Program-made: the position numbers and the translations under genes
Shown: piece after piece, positions 50,901-62,900 of the stretch
Layout of the letters: each line of letters starts with the position of its first letter
How positions within the stretch are numbered: position 1 is the stretch's first letter
Assembly (NCBI RefSeq): GCF_009834535.1
Contig: NC_045711.1
Location: 25,358,001 to 25,422,000 of the forward strand
Origin: Camelus ferus
Lineage: Eukaryota
Length of the DNA: 64,000 nucleotides
Reading direction: 5' to 3'
The notes under the pieces: model-generated
The model's database searches: none
What the model saw: the letters and a program-made list of their open reading frames with translations, nothing else
Told to the model about the DNA's origin: nothing

Positions 50901-53900
50901 TTGCATGCTTTGGTTTAGGAATGATCTCGAGGCAGAGTGGGAATTTTTCTCTGAAGCGGAACAGACACAGCTGTGTGCTAGTAGGAACCCAGTTGCCAGT
51001 GTGAACTTCTGTGCCACCTGTCACCAGCATCTCCCATGGAAATTCTGATTGCAAGTAGCACATTTAACCAGCACTGCTTCCCTCTTCTGAAGAGTTCACT
51101 GTTTTAAAAGTACACACACACACAAATCAACCAGGAAGTTCCCACTGAGCTTTACAGCATTCATTTTCTGTGAGAAAAGAGAGAGACTTTCAATTACCGT
51201 AAGTTTTTCACAGAAAAATCAGCTGCCTTTCCCAAATGAAGCCTCACCATAAGTGGTGGCAGAGATGGACAAGATCGCAAGTGTGCTGATCCAGAGCCAG
51301 ACTAGCTGACGTCCCCTGCTGTGCTAGAGGCAGGTCCAGTCCTGACTGTTAGACCGCGAGCCAGTCACCTCCCCACTGGGGCTCAGCTTCCACTTGATCG
51401 GGGATTAGTCCCCATCATCTGGGCTGAGAGTAACCATGCATGATGAGGGTGCTGCCTCTTGGAGCTCTGGGCTGCCCCTGTGCGGGAGGGTTCTGACAGC
51501 AGTACTCTGCCATTGTTCATGGGGAGTGGGCACCTGGATGGAAGGGTTGAAGATGTGAGTGGATAGAGAGTAAAAGGGGCAGACCTAATACTAAATGCTC
51601 AGTTGAGACATGGCAACCAAAGATGCAATGGCTGTCTACATCAGAGTCCTAGGGTTGCTGGGAAACATTACTAACTTAGTGGCTTAAAACAACACACATT
51701 TATAATGTTACAGTCTAATGATCAGAATTCTAAGATGAGTCAGCAGGGCAGCATGCCTCCTGGTGACTCTGGGGGCAGAATCCGATTCCTCAACTCTTCC
51801 AGCTCCCGGAGGCTGCCCGCCTTCCTTGGCGTGTGGCCCTACATCACTCCAGCTTCTGCTCCATTGNNNNNNNNNNNNNNNNNNNNNNNNNNNNNNNNNN
51901 NNNNNNNNNNNNNNNNNNNNNNNNNNNNNNNNNNNNNNNNNNNNNNNNNNNNNNNNNNNNNNNNNNNNNNNNNNNNNNNNNNNNNNNNNNNNNNNNNNNN
52001 NNNNNNNNNNNNNNNNNNNNTTAGGTTGCCTATCACACTATTAAACAGCCCTATCCAGGCATTTATTTCTCCCCACTATGATTTGGAAATAATAAATGCT
52101 CATTGTTGGCACTTAGGAAAGTACAGGAAAAAAATGAAGAAATTAGTAAAAATAAAGAACCTTGTATCTGCCTTAATGCCCAAGGCAACCAGTTGTTAAC
52201 ATCTTGGTTTATTTCTTTTTAATCTTTTTTTTTCTATGCCTATTTTAAAAGTTAGTTGAGATTTTACTGTGCATGACGTTAAAAAAAACTCTCATTTTCA
52301 CTTCACACGAGAATTTTCCTCATAATTAAAAATATTTCTAAGCATAATTATCAGTGCATTGTATTTCATTATATACTTTATCATTTTCCTAATTGATGGA
52401 TGTTAACCTTGTTTCCTTTCTTATTGCTATTGTAAATTATTTGGTAACAAATCTTTGGGCACACTTTTTTGTTAGCATCTCTGGTTATTTTTTGAGGACC
52501 AAATCCTAGAAGCATAGTTACTGGAGCAAAGGGCATGACTGTGTTTGATGCCCACAACTACCTTATTGCTTTCTGTATGGTTGAATCAGTTATATTCCTT
52601 CCAGCAGCTTTTCCGAGTGCCCAGTCCATCCCGTCCACGTCAGCAAAACGTGAGTCATTAAAACTTGGTTGGTTGGATGTCTGAAAAATGGCGTGTCTTC
52701 CACATTTTTTATTTGCTAGATTACTTAAATTAGATATTTGAGTTTTATTATCCACTGAATTTCCTCTTCGTGACTTGCCTCCTCTTACTGCTCATCAATT
52801 TTCTGAATAGGGTCTTAACGCTTTTCTTGTATACACTCTTCATCAAGAGAACCACTATTAAGCCTTTTCTGTGTTATGTGTTCTAAGTATATCTCTCAGT
52901 CTGTTCTTTGCCTTTTCAGTCCTTTTTAAAATTAAAAAAAATTTTTTTTTGCAGGGGAGTAGGTAGTTAGGTTTATTTATTTATTTATTTTATTATTAAT
53001 TTTTTAACGGAGGCACTGAGGATTAAACCCAGGACCTTGTGCATGCTAAGCATGCACTCTACCACTTGACGTATATACCCTCCCCCTCAGTCCTTTTTTT
53101 AAAAATTGGTTTTTCCAAGAGCTACATTTGCATATATACTACTATATATGCAATATATAGTATAGCTACATATAGTCAAATTCACTGACTCTTTCTTGTG
53201 TGATGCAGTCAGTCCACTAATTTTAAGTTTAGAAAGTTCTCCCTGTCATCCAGAATTGTATAAAGATTCTCTTGTACTTTCTTCCAGTTTAAAAAATGTT
53301 GTGTTGTTTTATGCTGACCTCCTTAATCTCTCTGAATTTACCTAAATGGAGCATACTGAGAGGTGACAGGATAGGGTTACGTCCTAAACTTTCCCTTCCC
53401 TGCTTATCTTTTTAGTCTTCTATGGTTATCTGTGAATTTCTTAAATAGACTAGGTTTGTTTTTAGACTATTGACTCTGTTCTACCGATATGTTTGTCTAG
53501 TCTTGTTAGAATTCCATGCTGGTTTCTTTATTATGGGCTGTACCATTTTACTATCTGGAAGGCAAGTCCTTCCTCATTACTCATCTTTAAGATGTTAAAA
53601 ATTCTTGTCTGTTCATTTATTCAAATAATATCCAGTATAATATATTCTATATAATATTTATTATGTATAATACACACACAGATACACACATGTGTATGGA
53701 TAGAGATTATCTGAAAAAATGTACATGTTCCAAAAATGTTCCAGGGATTTTGGAGTTAAATATATAAGTTTATTTGGGAAGAAGGTAAATTGTTACAATA
53801 AACAGCATTTTTATTCAGGATCATAATATAGCTCTTCTTTTATATTTAAAAGTTTATATCTGTCAAGAAAATTTCATTGTGTTTGTGTATGATTTTTTTT

Positions 53901-56900
53901 TTCTGTAAGCCCTGATTGTTTCTGTTAAGATTATGCCTAGGTATTTAATGTAACTTTATTACTATTGTAAGTGAGCACTTTTCCACTTCACTCTCCAACT
54001 ACTTATTACTGGTTTATAGGGAAGCCATTTATTTTAATATATTTATTGGGTATTTAGCCACTCTATTAAATTCCATTATAAATTAAAATACTTTTAAACT
54101 TAGATTTAAAATTTGTCTCTAAATGTTATTATTTCCCCCCAATAATTATATGCTATTTTTCCATGTCTCATTACATTGGCCAGAATTTCCAACATCAAGT
54201 TACTATATATATTGGGAACTCATTATATATACATATATGGAAATCATGTTCTTGATTTCATTTGGAACGTCTATAGTATTTCACTGTTAAAAATAATTTG
54301 GCTGTTGGTTTATCTTAAAAATTTCTTCATTGTAGAAAATATCACATATACAGTGATATGTGGATACAGAATCAATGTCCAGGTTTACACATTATTATAA
54401 AGCACACCAATGTCTTGCAATTGTGGTATTTGCTGAGGCTTTTAATAGATAATCTTTATCAGATAAAGGAAGTCCTACTCTTATTGTGCTAGGAGTTTTG
54501 AAAAACCATGAATAGGTGTTGAATTCTCTCAGATACTTTTGTCTGCATCTGTTGAGATGCTCATATGGTTTTTCTCCTTTACTCTGTTAATGAGGCACAT
54601 TGCACTCGTTGATTATCTAACAGCCAAACAATTTTGCATTCTTGGCATAAACCCAACTTGGTGATGATGCATTATCCTTCTTAAACGTCCCTGGATTCAG
54701 CATGGTGATTTTTTTGTTTCAGACTTTGCACTTAATGTTCATAGGTGATATCTGTCTGTAATATTTCTTTCTTGCTCTGCCCTTGTCAGATTTTGGCATC
54801 AAGATTATGCTAATCTCACTGAGTGCATTTGGGATTGCATCCTCTTTTCCTTTGTCCCAGAATTTTTTGGTGTAGGATAGACATTAATTCTTCCTTCAGT
54901 GTTTCCTAGCTATCTCCATTGAAGCTGTATGGGTCTGGAGTTTTCTTTTGTGGAGATTTTTAATAATGGATTTGATTTATTTAAGTAGCTGTAAGATTAT
55001 TCATGTTTTCTGTTTCTTTTTGTGCTATTTTAGCATTTTGTATTATTTTTGCTGAGCACCTATTCCACCTAAAATTTCAAATTTACTGGCATAATCTTGT
55101 TTAGATGTCCTTTTAGTATCCTATCCCATTATTACCTTATCCTTTTATTATCTAAGGTGTGCAGGATACGTAGTGATGTCCCCATTTTCATTCCTGATAT
55201 TCATCATTTAGTTCTCTTTCTTTCTATCACGAACATCTTACTAGGGTTATTTATTTATTTACTTTTAACCAACTTTTGGCTTTGTTGATTTTTCCTTATT
55301 ATATCTTTTTTTCTACTTCATTGATTTTTTTTAACCTCATTATTTTGGCGGAGGGTACAGCTCAGTGGTAGAGCACATGCCTAGTATGCACAAGGTCCTG
55401 GGTTCAATCCCCAGGACCTCCACTAAAAAAAAAAAAAAAAAAGTAGTTAATTAAATAAATAAACCCAAATAAACTAGTTAATTAAATTTAAAAACTTTAT
55501 TATTTCCTTTCTTCTACTTTCTTCTTTCCTCCCACTTCTCCTTCTGTTCTTTTAACTTTTGACATACATATTTAACTTATTAAATTTAAGCCCTTTTTTC
55601 CCCTAACATATGCATTTAATACCATAAAATGTCCTTAAGCATAACTCTAGATGCATCCCACAAGACTCTTTTAAACGAAGGTATAATTTACATACAGTAA
55701 AATGTATAGGTTTTAAGTGTACAATTCTATGAGTTTCAACAGATGCATGTAACTTGTAACTCCTATCAAGACACAGAACATTTCCATCACCCAGAGTTCC
55801 TTAGTGCCTTCTAGTCTTTCCCTGACCCACTGAATCACTGCTGTAATTTCTGTCACCAGAGGTTACTTTGCCTGATGTGCACCTTCACGTAAGTGGGATC
55901 ATGAAGGGTGTTCTATTTTGATCTTTCACTCAGCATGTTTTTGAGATTCATCCATGTCGTTTTGTATGTCACTAATTCATTGTATCTTATTATTTTATAG
56001 TATGCCATTGCTGTGAATATGCCACCATTTATCTATTCTCCTGTTGGTGGGCATTTGAGTTACTTCTAATTTGTGGTTATTATGAATAAAGCTGCTATGA
56101 AAATTCTTTTTTTTTTGTGGACATTTGTTTTTGCTTCTCTTAGATAAATACCTAGGAGTAGAATTTCCAGATGTATGATTTGTTTTATAAGAAAACCACT
56201 TTTACAGTGTTCCAAAGTGGTATGTAAAGTAGAAGCAACCCAAATGGCATCAACTGATGGAAGGATAAGCAAAATGTGGCATATCCATAGTATGGAATAG
56301 TATTCAGCCATAAAAAGGAATGAAACGCTGACACATCATAANNNNNNNNNNNNNNNNNNNNNNNNNNNNNNNNNNNNNNNNNNNNNNNNNNNNNNNNNNN
56401 NNNNNNNNNNNNNNNNNNNNNNNNNNNNNNNNNNNNNNNNNNNNNNNNNNNNNNNNNNNNNNNNNNNNNNNNNNNNNNNNNNNNNNNNNNNNNAGAAGTG
56501 GGGAAATCACTGCTAATGGGTACAGGGTTTCTTTCTGAGGTGATGAAAATGTTCTAGAATTGGATAGAGTTAATGGTTGCACAACTTTGTGAATATCTTA
56601 AAGACCACTGACCACTTTCAAAGATAAAATCTATGATAGGAAATTATATCTCAAGTTTAAAAGTGGGCAAAAAAGTAAATCCTTAGCCTTATATGCACTT
56701 CAGTTAATTTTAGAAAGGAAGAAAATTATCACAGTCTTTGACTTAGCAAATTAGGAAAAGATAACAAGCAGTAATCTCAAGGAAATGAAATTATACATGT
56801 GAGAAATTAATAATTCAGGAAATAAAAACAGCAAAATTTACTAACTAAATCTCAAAATGGTTTAACACAGGAAAAAAGTAGGAAGGGGGAAAATCAGTGA

Positions 56901-59900
56901 GGAAGGGAATATTATGGCACATGTAATCAATAAAATAAACAGCGTGTGTAATCAAAATTTGTTATTATAATAGGTATCAAAAGTTTAATTGTAAGAGGAT
57001 GCTTTATAATTGCAGAATTTTAGGCTAACACGTACTCCAGAAAATAGGTAACTTTGAGGGAAAAAGAAAACAAAAGAATATAATTTATTAAAGAATGAGA
57101 AAAAAAACTTGAATAAGTCAATATTCACGGAGAAAAAAAATTTAAGTAGTCAAAGAATTTGCCCCAATAAAGATTTGCCAGATAGTTTTGTGGACAAATT
57201 TTTAAGATCCTAAAGAAACAAAAATTCCTTTGCACTCTTTGTGTTGTGATCGCAGAGCACCAAAAAATGGAAGTCTGCCAGGTCAATTGTGTGAAAGTAG
57301 CAGGTCTCTACTATTAATCCTGATAAAGATGCACAAAGGAAATGACAGAAAGAACCTCCCTTAGGAGGATGGGTCTGAGTTGAGCCTGGACAGCATGTTC
57401 GGCCGGCAGACAGAATTTGTGATAGGCTGGATCGCTGCTGCTTCTAAATAAGCCAATGGTTTAAAATCGAGAGGTTCCAACCCCAAACCCAGATTTTGGG
57501 CTACTGCAGAAAAATGAAAAGATTCGAAATTATGTTGCCTGCCTCCTGCATGAGGACAACGGCCTGAGGGGGACGGGGCCGTGCCTCTGCCTGGGGTATC
57601 TGCTCTCTGGATTGCCATGGTCCTCGCTACTTCCCAGGGTCTGATGCTGAGACCTAGTGACCGCTGCCATTTTCCATCTTGTGTGAGTGTTATTTTCTTA
57701 CAGTAAAGAAACAACGCTCTGTATCCTGAGTCTTTCAAGGGTGAGGAAGTGAAGGAAAGAAGAAGAACATATAAGAAAATGCTGCTTTACTCTGATACCT
57801 GCCTTACTGCAGAGTTACAGTGTTCAAGACAGAATGGATTGGCATAAGGACAGACAAATGGATCAACGGAACAGAATGGGAAATCCATCAATAACTCACA
57901 GATTTGCTTTTTGACAAAGGAACCAAAGCAATTCGATGGGAAGACGACGAGACCTGTGTGATGTGGATTCCACAGTGTGGGGGGCCAACTGGCATCCCTG
58001 TTTTGGTCGACTTCAGAGGCGTTCCTGCCAGGGTGGTTTATCGTAGAACCACTAGAAGCAATTAGAACCATTAGGAACAGCTTCTCTTAGGAACAGCTGG
58101 GTGATGGGGCCTCTTCACCTGGACCTCTGAGGTCATCAGTACAAAATCATCTTCCATGGAAATGGGTCCTCTGGTCTTTCCTCCCCATCAGGCCAGCATA
58201 ACACAGACGATCGCAAAACCAACAAACAAAAATTAATTGAAATATAAAGACTTCCTGGGCATACACAGGGAGAAGGGGTGAACTACAGGAAGCTATTATT
58301 GCTCAGTGTCAACATTTTGTTTCCTTGAGATCTGTGGTTGCGCTTTTATAGGATTTTCCTGGTGGCTTGACCCAGTGGAAGTTTGAAGGACGAAATGTCT
58401 TCATGTGTAAGGAATATTCCCTTCTTCAGTTTTACTCAGGCCCTTAGGTCTAGTGAAACTCTCCACAATGCAGGAGGCTGTGGCCCTGCCCTCAGGGTGG
58501 GAGGTGACAGGTGCATGGTTTGTGTTTTCCAGGTTCAGCTGCCATCACGGGTCCAAAAGCAGTGAGTGGCCTGGAGCGGGACTCGTTGACTGTGCAGTGT
58601 CAATACGGCCCTGGGTGGGAGCTCTATGTGAAGTGGTGGTGTCGAGGAGCTGACTGGGACAGCTGCAAGTTCGTTGTTAAAACCACTGGATCAGAGCAGG
58701 AGGTGAAGAAGGACCGTGTGTCCATCAAGGACAATCAGAAAAATCGCTCGTTCACTGTGACCATGGAGAAGCTCAGGCTGAACGATGCAGACACTTACTG
58801 GTGTGGGATTGAGAGAATTGGAACTGACCTGGGGGTCCAAATTGAAGTGACCGTTGACCCAGGTAAGAGTATGTGTATGTGTGGATGTGTCTTCTCAGGG
58901 CCTGCCCTGTCCTGGTCCCTGGGGTCCATCTTAGGTGACTTAACTGTCATGCAGAGGGAACTGTCACAGGGGGTGGGTGAGTCCTGAGGTCTCATAGGAC
59001 CCCCACTGGCCACTTGGGATGGGGAGGGACAGGGCTTCCCTTAGATGCTCTCATGGCTCCCAGGGCCTCCTCCGGGATGGGATCAAGCCCTTCTTGGCAC
59101 ATTATTTTTCCCTTGGCACAGTCAGTGCCTGAGTCTCTTGCCCAAGGAGATAAATATGATGGTCCCAGTTTCAGCCCATGGGCAAAAGGGACCCTCTTCC
59201 ATGGACCCAGAGACCCCAATTCCTGCCAATGCTTTCCTGGGAGCTTTGGTGCCCAGGGGTTCCTGCCCCTTCTGAAGTTTGGGACTGGGACTTCATAGCT
59301 CCTGTTCCCACCCCCTGTTCCATATCCAGTCCCAGAGAAAGAGACCCAGCACAGCGGGGGTGCTGTGGTTAATTCCTGGGGTCTGAAAAGGCCTCCACAG
59401 TCAAAGGGCTGCATTCCTGGTGGCTGAAATCCCATCCTGAGCCATTTACACATACGGGATTAAGGATGTTCTCTTCCTAAGTCCTTCTAGAATGCAAACG
59501 CTTCTGGGCACGTTGGCTCAGGGGTCTCAGTGCCTTGGTGCGAATGAGTCTATCTGTTGGGCTCTCCTTCCGCTGACCCTTGGGCAGGCTGGCACCAGCT
59601 CACAGGGCACCTGTGTCAAGGGGGCCGGGCACACAGCCAACAGAGCCCCCACCACACCCGGAGCCCTTGAGGCACGTTATACTTGCAAAGCACAGCACGA
59701 TCATTGTCTCCTTGAATCCTGACAATATTCCTGAGAAATACGCATCCCCATCTTAGAAGCCTAATAACTTGCCCCAAGTAAAGGCTCTTCCTGAACCCTA
59801 TGCTTTTGTTCAGGGCTGGTCCTGACCTTTGAAGTCACAGGTCTTGGGTGTGTTACCCCCCGGGGAAGCCCCCATCCTGCTCCTCTCCTTGCTGGATGCA

Positions 59901-62900
59901 TAAGATGGGGGGGGGGCATTGGCCGAGGCCTGGTCATAAGCAGCTGGAGTATCTAAATTTCAGCTGAACTCCAGCTGCCCGTGTCCTGGGGCAACCCTGG
60001 GCCCCTCTAACCTTCCAGGTTCTGCTTGGTGTCCTCCCTGGACCTGTGCCAGCCCCACCTGCCTCTGAGGCTCTGAGGCTCCTAGAGGCCAGGGAAATGT
60101 GAAGGTCCAGGCTATAGGCCCCTTGCCGTGGCCCTGCTCCAGAATCCTCAGGCCAGGGCAGCCCGTGCTCCCCCCATCCCCCAGGTTCAGAGCCACGGGC
60201 AGGGCTGGGGGCGGGTGAGCAGGCCGAGCAGTGGGTAATCTGGTCTGTACGCCAAGCACCAGCTGCAGTGCCGACCACCACCTCCACTACCACCACGTTC
60301 ACAGCGCCAGTCACCACGGGAGACACCAGAGGCCACCCCTCCAACGGCGGCAGGTAAGCCAGCTCAGATTGTGCTGTTCCCGGTGGCCCACTCCTCCGAC
60401 GGCGGGACCCTCTGTGGTCCTGGGTCCCAGCCAGAGCTTGTCTCCGGCTCAGGAATGCTGGGGGCTCCTCTCACTTGCTCTCACAGCTCAGGAAGCCAGA
60501 AATGAAATCAAGCTGTCGGCAGGGTTGGCTCCTTCTTGGGGCTCCAGTGTAGACCCTGTCCCAGTCCTCTTTCCTGGCTTCGGGTGGTTCCCTTGACTTG
60601 TGACAGCATCAGTGCAGTCTTTGCCTCTGTCACCACGTGGCCTTCTCCCTGTATGTCTGTGTTCCCCAAGTTCCCTTTTATAAGAACACCAGTCATTGGA
60701 TTAAGGTCCATCCTAATCCAGTATGACCTCATCTTAACTTGACGACATCTGCAAAGATCTTAGTTCCAAAGAAGTCACCTTCCCAGGTTCTGAGTGAACA
60801 CAGATGACAGGGTAAGGGACACTGTCCCACCAGTGTGGAGGCCAGTGTAGAAGCAGGGAGGCCTTTTCGGAACCTGTTGCCATAAAATTTCTCCTTGGCT
60901 TTTAGACCCATTGAAACACTTTGTGGAACCCTCCTCTCCTTTTTTTAAAAAAACATCTTTGAGGGCACCCAGAAGTGGGGGTTCCCAGGCTGGAAACCAC
61001 AGGCCTGTAAGTCAAAAGGTCTAGTGGTGCGTGTCCGACACTGCTACCAGTTGGGTGGGATAAGGCCAAAGGCGGGAGGGGGGCTGGGGTGCATGAAGCA
61101 TCCTCTGTTGTTCGCAGCAGTGTCTTCATGAATCTCAGCGTCCTCATTCCCCTCATCTTTGCTGTGTTGCTGTTTCTGTTGGTGGTGGCCTCACTCGTGG
61201 CTTGGAGAATGATGAAGCGACAGAAGAAAGGTGAAGGGACCTGGCTGTCACTGGGCTGGGGCTGGGCTGGGTGGAAATGTGTGGGGAAGTGTGTGGGGCT
61301 GATGGCCAGCATGATCATTCGGGAGCCATCTGGTCACACAGTCTGGAGGGGACGCTGTCCCAAAGGCCATGGCAGCTGGTAGTCTGATGGGGCCGGAGGG
61401 AGGTCTGGAGCTTGTAGGTGAGCCCACGAGGTTTGGGGTTAGATCTGCCTTGTATTCCCTCCTTGCTCTTCTCGCCTCTCTGCTCAGCCTCCCTGTCTGT
61501 TTCCTGGTTTGACTCTTGCTGGCAGAGGTGGCAATGGTCTTAGACTAGCAGCCCTGCTAGGGTACCCAGACACTTTAGTAGAATTCGTGTGGTTGCCAAG
61601 GAGGTACTGAGCTGACATAGGGACAGAGAGAAACACACACACACACACACAGACACACATGGATGTATACACACACGAGTGAATGTACGCACATGCACAA
61701 ACACGTGTACCCATGTGTGCATGCCTGCACACACAACATAGCACACACTCGAATGCACACATGGTGCCTGGACATGTGTGCCTGCACACACAGGTGAGCT
61801 CACAAATGACAGACGCATGTGCAGGTACCCACACATACACAGTCCTCTGGGTTTCAGCAGAAAGCTCGGTGGCAACTCCTAGTCTTGCTCTTCCTCTGCC
61901 CTGGCCCTTTCTCAGGCTGCCCTACTTGCTCTGTGTAAACTTGCCCTTTCAGGAAGGGCGTCTGCTCACGAGCCTGCACTCGTCAATCACGAGGTCTGGC
62001 CTCAGCCAAACCCTTTTCCTGTCTGGCTCCACTTCCACATTCTTACAGTAATTGCACCTCTTCCTTTTCTCAGAACCCACTGGGACCTAAGCTCTCACGG
62101 GGCCCAGTGGTAAAGTAACACGGCTCCCTCCCCCACAGCCTGGGGAATCATGTGGTCTGGGAAGAGGGGAGCCTAACTCTTGTTCATCACATCTTCTCCC
62201 AAATGTACTGTCCGTGATCTAAGTTCTAAGTCCATTCTGCCCCCCTCGGTATCTAAGAGCCGAGGGTGTTTAGGTGTCGTCTGCTGAAGGTGTTTCTTTG
62301 TTGTCTGTAAAGCAGGAGGGGTAAGGGTGGCAGGGGGAGGGCAGGGACAGAAAGAAATAGGAACCAGAGAGCACCTGAAACTGGTCCATACAGTGAACCA
62401 CTTAGAGGGCAGCTTGGAGCAATCCTGTCTCCGCAGATAACTTGTACTGGTGGAGCACGGCCAGCGCACCAGGAAAGCACAGGAGAAAAAGGCTTGGCCA
62501 CTCAGCAGCCCACACCGCCCCGGGAGACTAATCAGAATTCAGTGGGATGAGCGTGATGACATAGTCATAAATCAAGTGCCCTGGGAGCTGGGGAGGGAGG
62601 GATTCAACAGCCTGGGGGGCTGGGGAAGGCAGGTGTGACTTTGAGTTGACCCCTGAATGACGAATCAGGTGGGGAAATGGTGGAATTACAGGCAGGACTT
62701 CCAGCAGAGGTTGTGGGCTGAGCCGCATCCCAGGGGAGTTGATAGCTGGCAGGGCCACCTGAGCAGCTGATAGTTCTGTGATGGGGAGAACAGGTGGGCC
62801 AAGGTCTCACTTTTTAGATGGAGAAATGGAAGCTCAGAGCTCAGAGAGGTGAAGTGACCAATGTCCCAGAGTGTGTCATCTGAGGAGTCAGAATTAGAAC

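Larger units (their letters stand above)
52050..55670 (-). mobile_element. Long degraded antisense LINE-1 block with nested SINEs
   Basis: AT-rich with L1 ORF2/3' signatures such as ctgcatctgttgagatg...catatggtttttctcc, ggcataaacccaacttggtgatg and ttttggcatcaagattatgct. Confidence 0.7.

Noticed and set aside
51705-52199. ORFs spanning the N-runs (also 56304-56582)
   Set aside because: These are artefacts of translating through assembly gaps.
55347-55422. Apparent tRNA-Ala gene
   Set aside because: It has stem mismatches and an altered anticodon (AGT), is followed by poly(A) and a TAAA tail, and has two related copies in the window. It is a SINE, not a tRNA gene.
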